Shown: in pieces, positions 57,101 to 64,000 of the stretch
Layout: each line of letters opens with the position of its first letter
Numbering within the stretch: the stretch's first letter is position 1
Assembly (NCBI GenBank): GCA_030141605.1
Contig: JAQGDQ010000113.1
Coordinates: 496,001 to 560,000 of the forward strand
DNA: 64,000 nucleotides
Source: Tubiluchus corallicola
Taxonomy: Eukaryota; Animalia; Priapulida
Reading direction: 5' to 3'
Notes under the pieces: model-generated
Seen by the model: only the letters and a program-made list of their open reading frames with translations
Told to the model about the DNA's origin: nothing
Databases searched by the model: none
Program-made: the position numbers and the translations under genes

Positions 57101-60100
57101 ATACACTACAAGCTAATATTTTTCAATACTGGGAAAATATCTGTGCCCGACCCACCCATTTTCGGTTTTTCCCCTAGCAGAAAGTTTTTCACTAAACAAA
57201 TAATTCATATTCAACCATGCACAAGAACTTGACCCACCTAGTGAAATATCAAAAATTGCAGCCCTAGCTCAAAAACTGTGTCAGCAGACTACAGCCTAAA
57301 GAAAAATAAATGAACACTCGTCCATTCCATTACTTTTGACCCGGCATTCTCGGATGACACATAAACATCGTTTATTTTACCTAAGGTTGACCCACTTAGG
57401 TATTCTGTACTGTATTACAGAATATTAATTATGAAGATTTATAGTAAAGCAAATCCAAAAGCGTTAGATACAGGAAAACATTCACATACCAGCTCTGTGC
57501 TCATTGTGTACTCGTTGTTCCTCATGTGGCAGTGACCATCATTGGGCTTCACTATCCCTCCCAACTTGCCATCGCCGGCATAGTGAAAACTGGCATCCGT
57601 AGAAAAGATTACCAAATGCCGTGCCGCCTTCCGCCAACCAATCTCGTTTTCACAAGCGATGGCTTGAATTAGAGCGTCCATTCCGCCTTCTGGTGAATCA
57701 AGATTACCAGATACGGGGACCTCATTCACTTTTTTCTAAACAGAAACACAAAAATGAGTAAATTTACTAGTTGCAATGTTAATCTAAGATGTATTCGCCA
57801 TACACGAGAGGTAACACAAAAAACATTAAGCGTTTTCAAAAATGATAATTAAACCTGTCGATCAGTTTAACACACTGACGTCACGCCATTATCCTAGGGA
57901 TTTTTTTCCAATTGCCGAGTACGAAATAACACGTAGCAGCACTGTAGCTAGCATACGATGCGGAAAATGTCTGCTCGAAATTAAAAATCCTACAGTATTA
58001 TGCCATGTCACATAAGTGCAAAGTGCATACACAAGCAGCAGCCAACTGCTAGAAAAGGTTTTGGATAAGTTGACGGACTGACAAGCTTTCCTGAGCAGGT
58101 TATATTGGCACTTTCTCAACTAAGCTTATACTCATTGCAGCAGTGGGTAAATCGCCACCTTGTTACTAGTACGAGAATAAAAACTCATGGTTAACAGTCA
58201 CTGTGTTAGAAGCACTAGCACTCTTTCCTTTAAAGAAGCGGGCAAAAGGGGAAAACAATTAATAATAAAGTAAAAATAAATAAAGAATAAGTAAGAGTGT
58301 GTAACATTTAATGCAACTCCATGTCATATAGAAAACATTGGTGTGGGGTTTTTCGGCTTAACTGTACAAAAATAGATGCTTCTTTTTTCACACAATCTGG
58401 CACCCTGCAAGCAGAAATCCAGTACTCAATGGCAAAACCTACTTAATGTGGGTGGGAGTGACAGGACCAAAACCTAATTAACTATCAAGTCTTATCCTCT
58501 GGCATTGGCAAGCATGTGAATACATCCCCAACTAGCTAAACAGCCATTATCCCTACTGCGAATAAAATCTCTTAGAGCAAGTATTTAATTCAGCAATTGC
58601 ACATACATTCGCTGACCTATGTTGCTCAAGTGTTGATCAACATTGGTTGCAAAGCAAATGGTAGCCATTGGGAGGCCTACAACCTATTAAACAACATTCA
58701 ACAGCAATTCACATAAAGACCTAAAACACAATATGTAACACAAACTAAAATGATTCAAAAAAACTTACCGCAAATAACGGAGTATCTACAGTCAGCGACA
58801 AGTGGTTTTTGAAGCCATAGGGAGCAGCACAACCTGTGCACGGCTCGTTCAGTTTATCTGGCACAGTGCTTACGTAAGGCATCACTGTCTTATCTACAAA
58901 CGATCCAAAACCCAGACGGAAATTCTTCGTTATTTCTCTCATCTTGTCAGCTGTAACAATGAAAGCTTGTAACTTAGTTTGAGAAACTTATGCTTGTGGC
59001 TTTCGTAGTAAAACTATTGAAATTATTGCTGTACGGTCCACGGCACATTGTAGCTAGACGTTGTACAATGTTTTCCTTGTAAAATCTATTTGTCAATGAA
59101 GATCTTGGGAATTATGAAGACTTGAATAATAATGTCAAAATACACGTTGTACTTAACGGAGTTGAAGACAGTAGGATCTCAGTAAATTATAAGATATTTA
59201 CTGTTGGGCATAATTATATTAAAGAAACTAAATGTTTTAACTTAAGCTAAATTCAATATTTTCACTTGGTAATATTATGTATTATTACATTCGTTTGCCT
59301 CATACTTACTAGATTGCGACTGTCTTTTTCATTAAATTTTATTGCACTTGTCTAATTGTTACATAGATCCTAATTGTACACTTTGTCTTTCATGTATTGT
59401 ATTTGTATTACCTCTGTAACCACAGGACTTTTGTATCAGTTTTACTGTATGTCCAAAGGTTGTACAATAAATATGTTCAAACTAATAAAAGCTTAGCAGT
59501 CTAACAATTACTGAACCCACGATTTTGATATGTCATCAAATCGTGTGCATATTCACACGCCATAATACCAAGAATTGAAATTCAAATATACTTAACTACA
59601 ACTAGAATGGAAATTCAGAATTCAGACTCCTTAAAGAAATGGAATGCACCTGGTTGTGTATAAAGTTCATGTGAAATTAATTTTGCTGCTCATGCTTACA
59701 AATGTAGTAATATGCACAGACAAGTTCTTTTTACAACAATCCTCTGACAGAGAGCAAATCACTGCATTTTATTCTTTTATTTTTTTCTGAAACCTAATAA
59801 TAACAAAATTCAGAAATTACTGCAACTTACGTAAATATGTTTAACAGCAGCAATAATAATCAGAGTAGTAACTCAAAATCATTACAGCTTTGAAAGGACT
59901 GGTAGTGAATTCAAATTAATTAAAGTAAACAAATCCACAAATGATGAAAATATAAAAGTTACTAGTTAAACCATACCAAGCAGATCACCGAGCGCAGCTA
60001 CTCGATCCTTGTCATCTTTCATGGAGTTGGACAAGTCCATAAGATAGTACAAGTCAACAGGGTAGTCCTCAGCTTGTCGATACTGCATGGTGATTGTATA

Positions 60101-62416
60101 TGGATTATCTATAAAACACAAAATCACGTATATTCCAACACATTGCTTTTCACACAATTATCATATCAAAAATAACATTTGAGCAGTTGCCAGATTACCC
60201 AAAGTTTTCTTAGTAAGGACTAATGGCTTTCTCTATATAATAAAAACGTTTAAAAAACTGCACTGGATTAAGTGTTATTAACGGTTTTAATATTCTTAGT
60301 AAATGCCTCACTAAATAACTTTTTATGAGATGTTACACCTAATCAAAAATTTTCAACTATGAATTTAAATAAAAACTGTTATTGTATCAATAATGAACAA
60401 AAGCCACACCAAGTACAATTTATAAATGCACACTGATCTCTCAAATTTATTTTGTTTTATCATGGATGCAGAATGTATATAGCTGTGAGGATATTAGCTG
60501 AGTGGTGACAGTATGTGCTTAGCGACAAAAATGAAACAATGTCATGTCTGCTTAGTAAATAGAGGGCTGACTACCAGGATAAGTGCTTCTGAAAGTGAGG
60601 AATTCTATCTGCCATACTACCCTGAATAAACACCTCTTCTGGGAGGGTCTAAGAACATGGCTAAGCTGTCTCTGCCTGTTCACTATCTCATCTTACAAAA
60701 TTATGAAGAGATAGGTTCTGGTCCTACCAGAACAAGCTACATTAGGGCAAACACTCAATGACCATTTTCAACTCTCTAGGCCCTAGATAGCATGGCATAA
60801 ATAAAAAATAAAACAGTGAAAACACCTGTCACATGAAAAGTATAACAAACTGGGGCTACTTGCAGCGCTTACACTGCTTAGGAGCCATGCACATATAACG
60901 ATATTAAGTTACGATAGGTGGCAGGAGATGCGATAACTCCATTATAACACAAGGTAGGAAGGTCTTCGAAATTGGCTGAAAACTTGATATCATTATATGT
61001 GGATGGCCCCTTAGGAAAATCAAACATCAAGTGTATCAACTCACTTGGTCGGATCTTTAGAGACATTTCTTGAGGATGGACTTGAACCGCTTCCTCGTCT
61101 GGACCGACGGATCCCTCCGTCAACGGATCAGCTTTGGTGATATCTTTTTCTGTCGTGGGGTTAGTTATATTCACCCTATCACAACCTTTAGCAGCTAAGT
61201 TACTGTACGTGTCACAACGTGTGCCATCAATGCCCTAGATAAAAAATATCGAACTGGAGAAGCTAATACATAAAAATCTGCATCATTTTTTATGTAGATA
61301 TATAATATGGAAAAATTGTATGGAAAAAGAAAAGGAAAGATTCTAGGTCAAGCTAAAAATTTATGCGATTTTTTGTGCCTTATTCAAAAACTGCATCATT
61401 TACAACGTAGATACACAATATGAAAAAATCACGTGGAAAAAGGAAAAGAAAGATTCCATGTACAGCTGAAATTTTATTCGATTTTTGGTGAATTATTCAA
61501 TTCTCAAATTTAAATTACATTTTAAAAACAATTAAAGGACTTCAAAATCATCACATGCTGGTAATACCAAAAATTCAGGGAATTAATTCCTAAGTACATC
61601 AAGTAAACTGCACAGTGTGTGTTAACCAAAACTTGCCTTTTTCATGTATAGATGACTACTTGTAAATATAGACCTGACGAATTAAGCAAATAAAGGTTAA
61701 AACAAACAAAGGTGCAAATGCTCACTCCCAGTATCTGAACGTGAGTTAAAGCAAACTCATCACACTAAATGTTTTCTCAGAATCTCCAGTTACATAATGC
61801 CTTAAAAATCCACACTGAATTATAGGTTTTGTAAAAATTAGACCCCAATGTTTTTGTAGATATATGTTATTATACGATAATACTGACTCACAGAAACTCA
61901 CATTTTTTTCTTAACAACAGGCCAGGTTTTTTTAATAGATGAGGTCAATATGAAAAAAATTACTAGACTAGAAATTAGATAATTTCTACATTCATCACTT
62001 TGGTTAATTAATATAATTGATCAACCTAAGCAAAGCAATTAACTGGTAAGAATATAGCAATTAATTTGATTAAAAAATATACGTAAATGTTAACTAGACT
62101 ATGAAATAGATAAATAAATAATTATGTGGTGCAAACATTTTAATCATTAAGGGAGTGAGTTACTGCATAAATCTTGTTTGTATACTACAGCAATACCGGC
62201 AGAGCACATGTACCACACAAATACTGTTATATTGTTGAACTATAAAAATAACCAAACACTTACTTCCTGTTCACACCAGGCACAGTTTGGATTTGAAGTT
62301 ATACATATAGCACAGGTTTTATAAGATGTACACTGATTGGAAGAGGAGACTTGGTCCTGAGATAATACACTTGTTACAGCATATAACACAAATACTAAAC
62401 ACACTGACAGTCTCAT
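51169..62416 (-). CDS. Integrin beta subunit (beta1/betaPS-like), 787 aa, 13 coding exons: 62264-62416, 61045-61234, 59977-60108, 58769-58950, 57490-57735, 56498-56683, 55908-56036, 54779-55144, 54047-54251, 53560-53775, 52689-52813, 51556-51723, 51169-51234
   Basis: Phase-consistent joins (2364 nt). Signal peptide [22 protein letters not shown] (CAWC), [50 protein letters not shown] repeats, [14 protein letters not shown] and NPIY/NPTY motifs. A 5' UTR intron acceptor lies at 62431. Confidence 0.95.
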
Positions 62417-63827
62417 GTTTGTTTAAAATCCTGCAAAAATAAATAAAAATAAACACTTTCAACGGTTACTATCCATAATCCATTAAACTGGATATTAAGA
62501 CATGTAATTCAAGCATTTGCTAAGTTAACCCAAGTATTAACACTAACCAAATATCTAGCACATTTCATGGTCACTTTTACTGAAAAGCTGCATGATGCCA
62601 ATGTGTAGCCTATGTCTTTATATTTTAGGGTAACCGATATATTTTAACATATTGAATGAAAAAAGAATTGGACCACCAGTTATTTATTCTATGAATTTAC
62701 ACAAAGTGCAATTTCGTACAAAACTGTACTGTAACAAAACTATTTCAGAACTAGATTTCAATTGAATCTACAAAAGATTAAATAAGTGAACATCATTTTT
62801 AGGCCACGACTCGAGCTAAAAATTAATATATTTATTTTTACGCCTACTAAAATGCCTTCTAATCGTATTGCGCAACTTCATCAATGTCTTATAACCGTGA
62901 CAATAATAATAATAATAATAACAGCTCACATAACTGATATTCAAAAGAAGCCACTAACCCTATATTTTCCAGTGATTAACAACATGCAGTGCCTTTGTTA
63001 GCTATTACCAGCTTTTTCGATTCTAAAAGATGACTCAAAGCTGAATCATACATGTGCCGTCTATGCACCCACAAACAGCCTGTTAGTAATGAAACATGAT
63101 CCTCAAACACGAGCCTACAGTCTCTCTCTCTCTCACTAACACAAACTGTTCCAGTGACCCCCGCTCTGCATGCCAAGCAGTGGTTTCATCTGTATCCTAA
63201 GGATGAGAAATCTGCGGGTCGTACCAAGCACATTAAATATCTAATATTGTAAATCATTTAAGTATTATTTTAGAGATATTGGCTGTGTTGCCCCTTAAAC
63301 TGCATTGAACAGGAAACTTGTCATCTGTGTAACAGATGTTTTTAAGAAGAACTACCCACATTTTTCTTTCGTCATGATAGCAATACACACATATTTTTCA
63401 GGTTTCTATATACGTAATATACACGTGTAGTCTTGGCTCATCAATAGGACAGATTTGTTGTGCTTGAAAGCATAGTAAAAGGACAATTGGTAGAATGGCA
63501 AATAGTAATGGGTGATTTTGAAATTTTCTCATTCAATTATATCATCATTAATCTTTTGCGATAATTTTTTAGTGTTTTAGCCATATTTTCAAACACTGCA
63601 GCACTGTAATATAGCCTTATAAACTTCTTCATGTCTTTCATCGCTGTGTGCCATTTTCGTACTCGCAAACTATTTTTATAGGCACAAATATTCATTAACT
63701 GCTCTATTACTATGTCAACTACACACATCACGCGAAAACAAATAAGCCACAGGTTGCAACACTATCAGTACTCTCACACTAATATCAGAGCTCATTTCTT
63801 CTCTTCTCGTGTTGTGGGCCCTTGGAA

Positions 63828-63887
63828 TTCACTATTAAGTAAGTAAGTAAGTAAACTAATAAACTTACTTACTTACTTAGTAGTGAA
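63828..63887. repeat. Inverted repeat of ttcactaY(taag)n arms
   Basis: ttcactattaagtaagtaagtaagt-aaactaataa-acttacttacttacttagtagtgaa: 25-bp arms with one mismatch and a 10-nt spacer. Confidence 0.85.
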
Positions 63888-64000
63888 ATAGTTGGCGCAT
63901 CAGATCTGCCGCAATTTCGCAAATTGTTGAGGAGAGACCGTCAATAACCGTGTTATGGTTAGGTCTCTTAGACTTCGCAAGCAAGTATTTTGCAAGCAAG

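Noticed and set aside
57736-59976. Mutually exclusive ligand-specificity exon of integrin beta (as in Drosophila myospheroid)
   Set aside because: I found only one GFGSFVDK-encoding exon (58769-58950) and no duplicate in the flanking introns.

Overview
AT-rich, intron-containing invertebrate (metazoan) genomic DNA. Five genes can be read from the sequence. (1) A 4-exon myohemerythrin (8167-11224, +) that the ORF track mostly misses, with all seven di-iron ligands. (2) A single-coding-exon type I membrane protein with CUB-like, 11 EGF and WAP domains (17369-20242, +). (3) An intronless, retrocopy-like topoisomerase III beta (23058-25109, +) that lacks the zinc-finger tail, has a candidate upstream NLS exon and shows two apparent 1-nt frameshifts. 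(4) A 13-exon NRAMP/DMT1 (SLC11) metal transporter (29965-46931, +) with a GC-AG intron. (5) A 13-exon integrin beta subunit (51169-62416, -), tail-to-tail with NRAMP. The rest is CR1/L2 LINEs (one nearly intact), RTE and Tc1 remnants, tRNA-derived SINEs, MITEs and microsatellites. The most striking signal is a canonical-looking iron-responsive element (bulged C, 5-bp stem, CAGUGU loop, ferritin-like lower stem) 55 nt after the NRAMP stop codon. A DMT1 3' IRE is, to my knowledge, described essentially only from mammals, and here it lies in the same neighbourhood as an iron-binding hemerythrin. Exon structures were derived by hand from splice sites, phase and protein conservation, not from transcripts.
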